Assembly (NCBI GenBank): GCA_963514005.1
Contig: OY740784.1
Location: 25,544,001 to 25,608,000, forward strand
DNA from: Raja brachyura
Lineage: Eukaryota
Direction: 5' to 3'
DNA: 64,000 nucleotides
Numbering within the stretch: the stretch's first letter is position 1; each line of letters starts with the position of its first letter. Below, one piece after another: positions 13,804 to 26,935 of the stretch. The notes under the pieces are model-generated. The model was not told the DNA's origin and did not search any database. It saw only the letters and a program-made list of their open reading frames with translations. Both the position numbers and the translations under genes were made by a program.

Positions 13804-13991
13804 GGGTACACAAAAGGCTGGAGAAACTCAGCGGGTGCAGCAGCATCTAAGGAGCAAAGGAGATAGAAAGAAGGGTTTCGACCCGAAACGTTGCCTATCT
13901 CCTTCGCTCCTTAGATGCTGCTGCACCCGCTGAGTTTCTCCAGCCTTTTGTGTACCCTCGATTTTCCAGCATCTGCAGTCCCTTCTTTAAC
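13804..13991. mobile_element. Fold-back Penelope pLTR mini-element
   Basis: Inverted arms of about 60 bp; hammerhead 3' half AGGGTTTCGACCCGAAACGTT; 14-bp TSD TCTCATGA(A/T)AGCAT at 13790-13803 and 13992-14005. Confidence 0.85.
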
Positions 13992-14397
13992 TCTCATGAT
14001 AGCATCTCCAGTCCCAAATGTTTCTCATCAGCCACCTCAGAATTGGAGTGAAAGTCATTGTCAAACCCCAGGGGCTGCCATCGAAGAGTGTCAATTAGTG
14101 TATTCTGGATCAAGTCCCAACTCAGAAATGGATTGAGGCAATCTGAACTCACAAAATCTTTTGAGGGCGTATTTTCTTCATTATAATTCCTGGAAATTTA
14201 GCTAAGAAAATGGTGGAGATTTCAAACCACACACATTGCTGGATTTTGGTGGCTTTGGGGAGGCTGGGTATACAATTTACCCTGGGCATGTAACTGGTAC
14301 AGGCGGAGCCGTGATGTGTAAGCAGTGAGATCCCTACCTCATTCTGGAACAAGTGTAACACAGAGATTGTTTTTAATGTTTTTGCTCATTTGTACAG

Positions 14398-14550
14398 CTG
14401 GACAGCTCTGCATCCAATCCTACTGCTCATCTAACAGCATCTGAAGAGAATGCAGATACAGAATTTACAGATGCCTTTGCACAAACAGCTGGGCGAATCT
14501 GGACAGCCTGTTTTCATAACAGCCTAGTGCTATCGCTGCCAAAGTTGACA
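14398..14550 (+). other. Candidate 153-nt exon (phase 0), product unknown
   Basis: T-rich tract plus TACAG acceptor, ACA|GTATGT donor, open frame LDSSASNPTAHLTASEENADTEF...LPKLT. No recognisable homology. Confidence 0.2.
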
Positions 14551-15971
14551 GTATGTGCTATTATTCTTTTAGGAGAGGGTTATCAATGGTCTTATAACTT
14601 TTAGCATTTTCAACAATGTTGGACTTGGAGATTGAAGGATAACATTTGCTGCTATAGATTGCAACAATAGTGTGGCACAGCTGAGCTTGGAAGAGGGGCA
14701 GCAATCACCAGGTGTTAGGTTGGATAGGTGTTAAATACATTTACTTCACCCTGGACACAGCAAGTATAAGGTGCTCTGCTGCAGATAATGAATACTTCCT
14801 TTCACTGCCTGCTCCAACAGTCTGCACTATTAAGGGAACCTCCCCTTTCTCCTATTCCTCAATCATTGTTTATTATCTCAACATACTGGATCCACCATTA
14901 TTAATTGGCACTTTGGGAATAGCTCGTTCCAAACACTTGTTCCAAATTGCCAGGAATCCTGCTGCAGTGCTAATACTGCCTTAGGATGAGTAAAATGATT
15001 CAATCTTTTCTCATCTCTGCAAAATAAATCTGAAGCTTTTTCCTTTAAATCTGTGACTGCTGAATGAATCCAACGTGGAATGACTCCCCTTGCTTCAGTT
15101 TGAAAAATCACTCAATTATTACAACCTTGCACACAAGAAGTAACTGGTAATGTGCGTGCATTTTAAAAGCTCAATATACAGATTAGTAACAGTAGATAGT
15201 GAATTACCTCACAAAAGGTTAACATAATTTTCCCCCCACAGAACTACCAAAGTTGTATTGTTAAACGTTTCTCTGGTAAATTGAGAAGTTGAGAAAATCA
15301 CAATGAGTTTCCAGGAATGCTTTCCTTTAACCAATACTCATAATAAGCCCCAGTGTCTGCTCATTGCATGCCAATGGTATTAAAATAGGCGTAAAGAAAG
15401 TTTGGATGCTGAGATCATGTGCCTGGTATGACATATTCCAGCATGTTCTTCCCAAACTACTCAACAGTTACGAGCGAGGAATACAGGTTTATAATTTGAA
15501 GATTTTAAAGTCATTGGTAAATTAAAGAAAACTACAGTTGACCTTGGATAGACAAAATATAAATACAAACAATTTTCTTAAGAGGTTTCTGTGGTCTTTT
15601 AATGCCTTACCATCAACAACTTATACAATGGGCTAAAAAAATTTCTATGTGCTACAACAATTTTGTAAATATTTCCTGACACACATTTGTTAGAGACAAC
15701 GAAGGAAATAGTAGAAGGATGGAAAAATCCTCTTAATTTGGATGTGGCGAAGTTGGTGTACAAAGGTTATGGGTTAAACTCCCCCACTTGAGAGGCTTGT
15801 GGCTTATCTTGTGCCCCTCCTAACCTTGGCTCACGCATAGGATTAATGTCTTCCTGCAGTCCAGAATGGATGCCAATTCAGTGGATTACTAACCAGATTC
15901 CACACACTGAAGATAGACACAAAATGCTGGAGTAACTCAGCAGGAGAGGCAGCATTCCGGAGAGAAGGGAT

Positions 15972-16008
15972 GGGTGACGTTTCGGGTTGAGACCCTTCTT
16001 CAGACTGA
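15972..16008 (-). ncRNA. Minimal type I hammerhead ribozyme in a Penelope pLTR (element about 15905-16060)
   Basis: Minus strand TCAGT-CTGAAGA-AGGG-TCTCAA-CCC-GAAA-CGTC^ACCC: CUGANGA and GAAA cores, stem II, palindromic ACGU helix III, GUC cleavage triplet. Confidence 0.7.
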
Positions 16009-18999
16009 TGTCAGGGGAGAGGGAGATACATAGATAAGGAAGTGTAAGGTGTGAAAACAGGACAAACACACTGAAGTCCAGTCGACAAAAGCTCAAAAGG
16101 TAACTGTTTGAAAGTGCAGCCAGAAGGAGTTCAACACTTCTTCGTCTCCCCATCAATGGCCCATCTCTTTGCCAACTGCAAGTGGGTTGTGCCTTCCAGG
16201 GTACGGAATCTAGACGGAATCTAAACTTTCTTTCCTAAACCTCTCCTCATCCCACTTCCGCAATGATCCCCTCAAAAGTTATTTTTTGACCAAATTTATA
16301 AATCACTAGAACACTATTCTGAAGAAGAGTCCTGACCTGAAACATCCACCGTCTATTCTATCTGCAGATGCTGCCTGACCTACTGATTTCCTCTAGCACT
16401 TTATGTTTTGCTCAAGATTCCAGCATCTGCCATTTCTTGTGTCTCCAACTAACATTATTCTTTTGAATAGTCATTTATTTTCCTTTTTCCCAGTCATCTT
16501 CCCTTTTATCATAATTTAGTGAAGCACCATAAAATGATTAAAGTGAGTATGGTTGTCAGTTTGAAACAATTTTCATTCTTATTCTAGACTTATGGCACTT
16601 AAATATTTTATTGAACTCTGTTGGTAGCTTCGAGATTGACTTAACTGTTCCAGAGAATGTAATTAGGAATTTTAAAGATCAATCTGGGGGCCTGCAGTAA
16701 ATTTGCATGCAAACTTAGGCAACTGAACAAACAAAATCTATTTCAGGCAGTTTGCAGGCTGGATCCAGGCACTAGTTGTATTACTCTATCAGGCACTTTA
16801 TCACGAGCTCGAAATGCTCAGCTTCAAGCTAACACTGAAGTATTCATCTAAATAAAGTCTAACGTCAATGTAGAGACTGTGAATTTAATGGCTCCGTTTA
16901 TACTGGTTACAAATCTAAAAATCTGCTTCATAATACAAATGTTAAGACTATTTCATGAATAATAGTTTATATACTTTTCCTGCCTATTTTTTAGAAAATA
17001 GATTTAGCATATGTAATATGAAAAGCAGTCTCAAGTAGTTAGATATTCACAGAAATAACACAGATTATAGAAAAAAAAAAGAATTGGGAAGTCACTAACT
17101 TCCTAGCTCCACAAATAAAAGAAGCATGATTCACAGAGCTGGACAAAGAACAAACTGCTAACAGCTTCTGAAAAGAAATGAATCATTTCATGACATTTGT
17201 TAACAGTCCCATCAAGATTTTCCGGCCCTCGAGGTTAGCTGTCAGGATCTTCTCTCTAGCTGCACCAACCACCAGAATTCTCCACTTTTATTCATGTTAC
17301 AGTCCCAGCATAACAGAAACAAGCGACAGAATAGAGTAACTTTCATACCTCTCGGCAGCTGCAGACTATATCAAACACAATAAACTTTGTTATTGGAAGA
17401 AATACTTCAGATCCTGCCAAACATGGCTGTGGTGCTGCTGTTGCTGCGATTGTTCAACTTGCATTGAAATACAGCTGTTTCTGTTAGCCTCGATCTTTTG
17501 TACTGCACATCTGACGCACAGCCAGTCCTTACTCAGGACGTGCTTGCATATGCATGATGCAGAGTGGGGAAAAAAAAACCTTCTTCCACTATTATTTAAT
17601 GCTCCCTGAATTCAGATGTACATTTTCAGAAGCCCTTTAATTAGCACTCATTGTTCCCTGTCCACCGGGATGTCTTCTATCTCACTTCAGGAATCTAAAC
17701 TTTGTAACTGAATCAATCAGCAAACACCGCATGTCGTGTATATTCAGTAACGAGGAGACGACAGGAAGGGAAGCTAATATGCTTTGCTTACTCCCGAGTT
17801 AAGGAGACTTTTGCTCAATTACAAAGTGTCAGCTTTGGTCTCGTTCTCTTGCTTGATCCATGAGACTAGTTTTGTCCCCCCCTCCCCCCAATCTATTCAG
17901 GTGGGGCAGCACACTCTGCGGTTTGTGGCTTGTGCTCCTACAATCGAGCACACTTCTTGAAGTCGCCACACTGTTATCAGGCGACCAAAGGAAGACGGAT
18001 CCTTTTTACTTTAAAGTGCCAAAGGGGCATGTGGACTGCTGGAAGCAAAAAAAAAAGCATTGCCGAGAAAGGAAGCAGATTGTATAGAAAATGAAAAACG
18101 TGTTACTCATTATTGTATACCACTGAAGATCAAAACACTATGATCACAAAATTGTTCAAAATGTCTGAATTAATGCAGGCGAGATGAAAGAATTTCTAAC
18201 TCTTAAAATGTGTCCAGTTTTCTAATAGTACGATAAAAGGCTGTTCTTATCAGTTCAGCATCTCTCAGCACCTGGTAATGAGAACATTCTTTGTTCACCC
18301 TAATTCACTGAATTACACAGAGAGCGAGAGACAGTGAAAAGGTTTACTGTTTGCTATATAGACTTGCCTATTGACTGCCATCAATTGACTGAAACTCCAT
18401 CAGATAACAGGCTTGCATTGCCTCTTGTATCATTGAAAACCAAGCAAAAGCACACACATTGAAGCAGTTCTACCCAGCCTTTGGGCATAAATAGACGGGG
18501 CATACTTCAGAGTGACTGCGATTTTTAATTTTTTAATATACATTGATGACCTTTAGTTAACCATAACAAATCAATATAGGTCAAAGAAATCAGTTAAAAT
18601 ATAAGCACATAATAACTAAATTGCTCTCAGTATTAATAGTCAGCAAAGACGTAGGCATGCGGTGTGGGGGACTATGCAATTTTAGGAGGACAAGATGGCT
18701 TAAATAAAGTAAAATTAAACACAAAACATCAGGCAACATGTTTAAATATGCTAAATAAGGTTTAAATATTTCATGGAAAATACTAATAGTTTGGATTATT
18801 TATTATTTTTAATTCTGGAACCAATGGGTAAATTTTGGTTTGATTGTGCTAATCTACTGTAGTCAAGACTGAGTTATTTATCCACGTGTTTACATTTTAC
18901 TGCATTGCTCCCAATGTACCCTCATAGATTCAGGCAGTACAGAACTAGGCCGTCAGCCCAACATGTCCCTGCCAACCACCAATTCCTATCTATACAGAT

Positions 19000-19135
19000 A
19001 GGGTGTCAGAGGTTATGGGGAGAAGGCAGGAGAATGGGGTTAGGAAGGAGAGATAGATCAGCCATGATTGAATGGTGGTGTAGACTTGATGGGCTGAATG
19101 GCCTAATTCTATTCCTATCACGTATGATCTTATGA
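19000..19135 (+). mobile_element. CR1 3' tail fragment
   Basis: GGGGAGAAGGCAGGAGAATGGGG..GATCAGCCATGATTGAATGG..GGGCTGAATGGCCTAATTC with CTTATGAT-type tail. Confidence 0.8.
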
Positions 19136-19189
19136 TACAGATCCCATTTCACAGCACTGGGTATGTAGCCTTCTATGTTTATCTTCTTT

Positions 19190-19613
19190 CTTTATGTCTA
19201 CAAAGCTTGCCCCCAGCTACATCAAAAGTCTGCTTTCCCACCACACCACCTCCAGGTCCCTCAGATCGGCCGACTTGGGGTTACTGAACATCCCGCGGTC
19301 TAGGCATAAGCTCAGGGGCGACCGCGCCTTTGGGGTTGCAGCCCCTACACTGTGGAACAGCATCCCTCTTCCCATCATAACTGCCCCCTCCATCGACTCT
19401 TTTAAGTTGAGACTTAAAACTCAGCTTTACTCTCAGGCCTTTCTTGACGTCCTCTGAGGGAGGGCTACATGCATGTATGTATTTATGTATGTACTTCATC
19501 TATGAACCAATGTTGTATAACATTAGTATCTCCACCAATGTAAAGCACTTTGGTCAACGAGAGTTGTTTTTTAAATGTGCTATATGTGCTAATAAAAGTG
19601 ACTTGACTTGACT
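19190..19613 (+). mobile_element. L2-clade LINE 3' fragment
   Basis: C-terminus RSLRSADLGLLNIPRSRHKLRGDRAFGVAAPTLWNSIP..SFKLRLKTQL; 3' UTR TGTAAAGCACTTTGG..AATAAA..(GACTT)n. Confidence 0.85.
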
Positions 19614-21454
19614 TCTTATGCCATTGCTATTCAAGTGCTCTTCCAGAGAAGAACAAACTTTCGCAACTCCAATCTTGTGGTTTGTTGCACCATTTGGACT
19701 TTCCCAATAATTTGTGTCTGGCAGCCATAACCAGCAATTTATTATTGAACATTTAGTTTAATGAGAAAAACGTTAGACTATCTATTTTCTTAAGTAAACA
19801 TTTAGGATAAGATGTCTAACAGATAAGGAGAAAGAACCTAACATTTCTGGTTGAGAGAAAATAATACTGAAATATTACAAAGATCGTCTTGCAGTTCAAC
19901 AGAAATCAAATACTTTGGTAGTTATCCATCACCAAATTGTTATTTATTTGAAAGATTAGCAGGGAAGCACCCGAGGCAGAGCACTTTCCTGAAAAAAAAA
20001 CATATATTGAATTTTTTCCTCATCCTTGATTGTGAGCTCACAAACAGTTGGCCAGTAATGACTGAATCTGATATTGTTATATGCCCAAAATGCCACTGGC
20101 TGTTACAATTTGAATGCTTATCCTGGCCAAATGTCTTAATCTGAATGACTGTAATTTTGTTAGATTTCTTGACAAAATAGAACTTAAATTGTTTATTGGC
20201 TAAGTTCAACCGTCCCTTGCCAAAGCTGCATTCTTTTTAAAGAAAAAAAAATACATTTAGGATTGAGCAAAGCACAAATTGCTGGAATAATTTAGCAGGT
20301 CAGGTAATGGAGGTTTTGGGACAGAACACTTCTCCAGTATGAAGGAGGGTTCTGACCTGAAATGTTGCCTGTCCATTCCCTCCATAGATGTTGCCTGACC
20401 AATGGAATTGCCCCAACGCTTTTCATTTTGCTCATGATTCCAGCATCTGTAGTTCCTTGTGTCTTTGTCTTATATTTAAGATTGCTTATTTATTTTAAAA
20501 TGTAGAAGCTATAAAGTCAACAACTTGGTGCACTGGATTTTGACATATAATGTTAGATCTTGGGCTCATATTCTCTGTGATGTCTAAGCTCTCCAAATGC
20601 AATGCTTAGGAAACATTGTCAGAACCTTAATTAAGCAAATCTGGATTGAAGTTTCCCAACACTTAACTGACTGTCACAGCTCCCCTAACGCAGCACCAAC
20701 TATGCTCAGGCCTCACTCAGTACCAGGAGTGACGGTCGTCGCTGGCACCCGTCCAACCAGTGAACCTGCCCTCAGCCCAGGGACATTTTTTTAACCCCAT
20801 GAAAGTATAATCCCATTCAATGGCTTTGAGGTAAAGTCTGTGGCCTGCTGCTGCCACAATCATCAAGTGCCAAAAGGAATACCTCAACTCTGTGTAGAGG
20901 CAAGAGAAACAAGAATCCTCCACTCCTGGCTCCGCAAATATTCTGCAGTCCAAATGCGGCCCCTGCTCAGAGGTGCTCCCGCATCCTCCTTCATCAGCAG
21001 AACTACCAAATGGCTGACACTTTGTCTTGTCCTGTCCTTCAGTAAATGAAGGGTTGCACCAGGGCCAGTCCCTGTAGCTCACCAACAGCATTCATGTGAG
21101 GCTTGGTTTCCCTGCTGACGCTGCTTTCATCTTCGACAGTTACAAACTGCTGCTCAGGAGGCAGAAGATGATTTTGAAGGCCTAATCACAAAGACCTTTG
21201 CAAAATTGAACAGCCAAACCAGATGTTTGTGGTGTTGCTTTGCTGAAGAGGCTGTGCACCTTCTGCTTGACCCAGAAGGTTTTTTGGCCTGGGTTGGTCT
21301 TGAAGTTCTGCAGTCAAGTTGGGTGAGTGGTTTGCAGGTGCAGAGGCATCAGCAGTAATCAGAGGGATGATGCTATATCCACCTCAGCACTGATGCAGAG
21401 GAAGAGACAGAGAGAAGGCAAAGACTCTCCTTCACGGATAACTATTCAACAACT

Positions 21455-22080
21455 CTTTTCGCAGACCGATGGAACTTCCAGCACGTCACGAGCAGTCCCA
21501 AGTATCCACAGAGTAATGGACTCGCTGAACGCACTGTCACTTGCTGGAGCGAGCACAGATTTCAAAATCAGACGTTTACCTCGATCTCCTGAATCTCAGA
21601 AACATTGCCAGGGACAGAACCTTGGGATCGGCGGCACAGTGACTGATGTTGAGATTGACGAGGCCTCCGGTTCCCATCACACAACAGCAACTGGTCCCTC
21701 GGGTGCTGAAGCCTGCCACCATCCAGAAACGTCTCCAAGAGAAGCATGACATCCAGAAACGGTCATACGACAGTTCCAGCAGACATCTCAAGCCTCTACT
21801 TCCGGGCCAGGTCATCCGTCTTCGAACTTCAACTGGACATTCCTGTCTGGGCACTGTGGTCAACCCGATTGACGAGCCACGGTCCTACCTGGTAGACTGT
21901 GAGGGAGCGGTGTACCTCATGGGGCCTCACCCACCGCATGTTTCACCACAATCCTCCACCGCGCCATTCTCGCCTCCAGGTTCTCCGTCTCATCTTTCAG
22001 GTGAGGGAGGGGAGGATTTGGTCCGCACGCGCTCGGGCCGTGTTAGTAGACCACCAGACAGATATGGCGAGTATGTTTAA
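21455..22080 (+). pseudogene. Ty3/Gypsy integrase core and C-terminal remnant
   Basis: FADRWNFQHVTSSPKYPQSNGLAERTV, then DVYLDLLNLRN, ..QKRSYD..LKPLLPGQVIRL..PRSYLV..RTRSGRVSRPPDRY; stops and frameshifts present. Confidence 0.85.
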
Positions 22081-22127
22081 CTCAATGGTATGGGTGCTCT
22101 TCCACACTTAATCTTTAGGGGGAAGGA

Positions 22128-22359
22128 TGTAGATTGATGTTGCATGTTAACCAATCACACACAAGCCAGCATTTCTAACTCCGCCCCACTGTAACACTTA
22201 TACCAACACTTGTTTCCAGGACGGGCAGTTGGAGCAGCCAGGATGTACTGACAACTAATCATCCTCAATGCTGTTACGTTTCAGTGCTGATTAAAGATGT
22301 ATTTGAATCATGTACTGAGTCTGGAGTCTGTTTACACCTCCCCATCGCACAGACCAACA
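22128..22359 (+). mobile_element. 3' LTR of the Gypsy element
   Basis: Polypurine tract AGGGGGAAGGA immediately upstream; TGT...ACA ends; ATTAAA signal near 22290. The right end is inferred from the ACA. Confidence 0.7.
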
Positions 22360-22883
22360 AGTTGGACTGCAACAGGTTGCAACCTTTGAAATGACATCCT
22401 TTGCTACTTTCTCTCCAATGTATGCTTGCGACCTTTCTGATTTTTTCCATGAAACTGACCTTCTGCTTTCTGCAATTTTTTTGCCGATTATATACTCATC
22501 ACCCCAAATCCAATTAACCCCTTAATAACTCTTCCTGTTTAAGTCAACAAAAGTCTTCTCCTACTAACCTAAACTGGCTCCTTACTGAAGCAATGTATTG
22601 ATTTTAAAGTTCTGACAATTGTTGCCAAACTCCCCAGCTTTACCCTTCCCTACCACTGATCTTTTTTTCTGCCATAGGCTTATTTATTTGATCTTCGCCA
22701 GAATCATTGAACTATTGACGCCCAGACCACACTGATACAAACTGCAGAATTCCTTAGTTACATTACTCCACCATCTTATCTTTTTACTCCTTTATGGTAT
22801 TGCCTAATGTTACCGCAATGAGCACATTTTGGGTCATTTTCCCGAAATTCTCCTCAGGTGTTGCACGTCTTTGGGGTGTTGGA

Positions 22884-23402
22884 GGAAACCGGAGCACCCG
22901 GAGGAAACCTGTGCACCCAGAGGAAACCGGAGCATCTAGAGGAAACCGGGACACCCAGAGGAAACTGGGACACCAGAGGAAACCGGAGCACCCAGAGGAA
23001 ACCGGAGCATCCAGAGGAAACCGGAGCATCTAGAGAAAACCGGGACACCCAGTGGAAACCGGAGCACCCAGTGGAAACCGGAGCATCCAGAGGAAACCGG
23101 AGCATCTAGAGAAAACCGGGACACCCAGTGGAAACCGGAGCACCCAGTGGAAACCGGAGCATCCAGAGGAAACCGGAGCACCCAGTGGAAACCGGAGCAT
23201 CTAGAGGAAACCGGAGCACCCAGTGGAAACCGGAGCACCCAGAGGAAACCGGAGCACCCAGTAGAAACCGGAGCACCCAGAGGAAACCGGAGCATCCAGA
23301 GGAAACCGGAGCATCCAGAGGAAACCGGAGCATCTAGAGGAAACCGGAACACCCAGTGGAAACCGGAGCACCCAGAGGAAACCGGAGCACCCAGAGGAAA
23401 CC
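22884..23402. repeat. 19-bp minisatellite (27 units, consensus GGAAACCGGAGCACCCAGA) expanded inside a minus-strand V-SINE
   Basis: The unit is the reverse complement of the V-domain core GGGTGCTCCGGTTTCC; the SINE continues on both sides (ACGTCTTTGG.. and ..CACAGGGA). Confidence 0.9.
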
Positions 23403-23859
23403 AATGCTGCCACAGGGAAATAACCTCAGGCAATATCGTAAAGGAGTAATGCGATAGGGTGGTGGAGAAATGTAGCTAAGGAAGTCCACAGTTTGGCTTT
23501 GAGGAATGTACACCAATAGTATAATGATAACATCTGGGGGAAGAATAAATTGCCAAAAATAAAAGAGCACAAGGCAGGAAAAGCTTAGTGGTCGGGAGAG
23601 GTAAAGCCAGGGATTTGGGTATTTTTAAAGTGAAGATTAATAAGTTTTTGATTGGCAAGGGCATCAAAGATTACAGGGATAAGGCAACATTTTTTTTTAA
23701 TGGGGTTGAGAGGGTAATATAGATCAGCCATGATTGAATGGTGGATTAGACTTGATGGGGCGAATTGTTTGATGATTTTGTTTGATAATAGCAATAATAA
23801 ATTTATTGATCCAATTTCAGTAATGTGTCATACAATGGGATCCTGCATTTCCTTATGAT

Positions 23860-24895
23860 GCAGGAGGAGACCTTTGACCAAGTCTAAGCCAGCTCCTTGT
23901 GTCACCCATCATATGCATTCCCCCACATCTCCCAGTAATTGTTCTTCCTCACATGCCCAACAAGTCACACCCACCACTCACTTATATTAGGAGAAATTTA
24001 CAATAGCCAATTAACTTACTGACCACACTTCTTTGGAGGAAATTGGAGAACCCAGGGTCACTGGGAAAGCATGCAAGCTCCACACAGAAAGCAACAGAGG
24101 TTGGGATTGAAGCCAGATCCCTGGAGCTGTGAGGCAATGTCTCTACCTACTGCAGCACATTTGATTTTAACTGAGTAAGAACAGTGGCACAGCTGGTAGC
24201 GTTACAGCTTCACAGCGTCAGTGATCCAAGTTTGATCCTGACCTTGGGTGGTGTCTGTGTGGAGTTTCCATGTTCTTCTTGTGACTACATGGGTTCCCTC
24301 CAGGTGCTCCAGTTTCCTTCAGGTACTCTGATGTTTCCTTCCACATCCCAAAGACAGGTGGGTTTGTATGTGAATTAGCACCTGTAAATTGCCACCAGTG
24401 TGTAGGGAGTGGATGAGAAATGGGAAAACAGAGCATTGGCATTAATGGGTGGTTATTGTTGGTCACCATGGAATCGGTGGGTGAAAGGACCGCTTTCCAT
24501 GCTGTATTTCCAAACTCGATAGTTATTGTAGCTTCAGAATGAGATAAGTCCCTTTCACTATTTTCTTTTACAAACAACAAGGGCGGCACGGTGGCACAAC
24601 AGTGGAGTTGCTGCCTTACAGCGCTTGCTGCACCCGAGGCCCAGGATCGATCCAGACTACGGGATGCTGTCTGTATGGAGTTTGTACGTTCTCCGCATGA
24701 CTGCGTGGGTTTACTCCGGGATCTTCAGTTTCCTCCCACAATCCAAAGACGGGTATGTGGGTAAATTGGCTTGGTATGAATGTAAATTGTCCCTAGTGTG
24801 TGTGGGATAGTGTTAATGTGCGGGGATTGCTGGTAGGTCCTGACTCGGAGGGCCAAAGGGCCTGTTTCTGTGCTGTATCTCTAAAATAAACTAAA
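23860..24895. mobile_element. Cluster of three V-SINEs (about 23860-24160 minus, 24181-24516 plus, 24581-24895 plus)
   Basis: tRNA-like heads (GTGGCACAGCTGG, GGCGGCACGGTGGCACAA), V-domains and CR1-like tails. Confidence 0.8.
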
Positions 24896-25479
24896 AGATG
24901 GAATGAGGAATGACTTCTTGGATGGTCAAGCCTGACTTATTTGAAATTAAAATTTTGTGCGCAGCATCAACAGACCAAACATAAAAACATGAAGAGGACA
25001 AAAAGCAGAAGATAATATAAGGGAATAAACTCAGGAAATTCATCTTCTGCCTCCCACCCTTCTCCCCTCCCCTCCCCCCCCCCCCCCCCCCGGAAAACCA
25101 ATGTGTATTCCAGGAGCTTATAGTAACTGATACAGATAGTATTACGAACCACCACCCACCTCCTTATTCTCCATATTCTATAACTTTTGGAAAGCCAATT
25201 ACTCAATCTACCTCCCTTTAAAGACATGCCAACCATTTGACACATTCAAAGGCAAGCTAATGTAGAGTTAGATGACTCTCTGAGAATAAAAGTACTTTCT
25301 GGCAGCAAGCCTAAATGTGCTTTTGTACCAAAACCCCGAAACATCGCATGCCTCTCTGGCTCAAATAATCCATTCACTCAGACAGAACTAATCTCTTCAT
25401 ATCACCATTGTACTGCTTTTCAAGAGTAAAACACCCACAATCCCCAATAATTAAAGTGATATCTAAAAGTCCATTGAAA

Positions 25480-26500
25480 AAGAAAGATTTGTATTTATAT
25501 ACAACCTTTCATGACCATAACAGCTAATGAAGTGGCTTAAATACAGCCCCATGTGCAGCAATGTAATTATGATCAAATAATATGTGTTTTTAATACTGCT
25601 AGAAGAAAGCATGTTGGCCAAGACACTAGAGGGAACTCTATTGATAAACTCTATTGCTAAATTTGCCATTGGATTTTTAATGTCAAACAGAGAGGGTTCA
25701 TGTGTTCTTGCTTTAATAGCACATTCCACAGAAGGCTCCCCTGTCACTGCAGCATGCACTCAGAGAAATGTTGGCCCAAGGTAGACACTCAAAACTGGAG
25801 TAACTCAGTGGAGCAGACAGCATCGCCGGAGAAAAGGAATAGGTGGATTTTCAGGGAAACACCCTTCTTCAGACTGAGAGTCAGGGGAAAGGGGAAAGAG
25901 AGATATAGACGGCGTGATAGATAAATATGGAACAAATGAATGAAAGATATGCAAAAAAGTAACGATGATCAAGTAAATAGTCCATTGTTAATTAATTGTG
26001 GGCTAGATGAAAACGAGTCATACAGACTTCACCATCGTGTCGTGTCTTCACCATATGCCCCCTGACCTCTGTCGGATTCAGGACAATCTGTCCTCAACAG
26101 AGACCTCACCTTCGTTCCCCTCCTCCCCCACCTCAACGAGCTTTTCCTCCATCTGTATAAGTAGTTTTCACACATCTAACAGCTAACAATGGGTGGTTTC
26201 CTTGATCATTGTTACTTGTTTGCACATCTTTCATTCATTTGTTCTATATCCCTCTATCTCACCATCTATATCTCTTGCTTCCCTTTCCCCTGGCTCTTAG
26301 TCTGAAGAAGGGTCATGACCCGGAACATCACCTATCCCTTTTCTTACTCCTGCTTATAATGTCTACCTTCCGTTTAAACCAACATCTGCAGTTCCGTGCT
26401 ACAAAAAAAATTGGGCCAGTTATTTTGTCAAGTCTTTGAAATGGACCTTGAACTCTCAATCTTCTAATTCTGAAAAATTAGCTACACAGAGGCATAGCTA
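25480..26500 (-). mobile_element. Old DeuSINE/SacSINE1-like SINE interrupted by an inverted Penelope pair (about 25780-26400)
   Basis: Remnants such as TTGTATTTATATACAACCTTTCATGACC, GTTGGCCAAGACAC, TGCCATTGGATTTTTAATGTC and CAAGTCTTTG..CCTTGAACTC resemble my recollection of that consensus. Confidence 0.5.
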
Positions 26501-26555
26501 ATAAGACTAGTTATTAATCAAATGGCCGTTAACTGTCCATTTCCAGGCTCATTTA

Positions 26556-26935
26556 ACATATAAGATTGTTAAGGGTTTGGACACGCTAGAGGCAGGAAAC
26601 ATGTTCCTGATGTTGGGGGTCCAGAACCAAGTGCCACAGTTTAAGAATAAGGGGTAAGCCATTTAGAACGGAGAGGAGGAAACACTTTTTCTCACAGAGA
26701 GTTGTGAGTCTGTGGAATCCCCTGCCTCAGAGGGCGGTGGAGGCCGGTTCTCTGGATACTTTCAAGAGAGAGCTAGATAGGGCTCTTAAAGATAGCGGAG
26801 TCAGGGGATATGGGGAGAAGGCAGGAAAGGGGTACTGATTGGGGATGATCAGCCATGATCACATTGAATGGCGGTGCTGGCTCGAAGGGCCGAAAATGGC
26901 CTACTCCTGCACCTATTTTCTATTGTCTATTGTCA
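26556..26935 (+). mobile_element. CR1 (HER1-type) 3' fragment
   Basis: ORF2 end (RKHFFSQRVVSLWN..) and 3' UTR hairpin GGCTCGAAGGGCCG with (TCTATTG)n tail. Confidence 0.9.

Noticed and set aside
22884-23402. Possible CRISPR array or repeat-protein ORFs
   Set aside because: Units are contiguous with no unique spacers, there are no cas genes, and the array derives from a SINE V-domain; the many ORFs are stop-free repeat artefacts.
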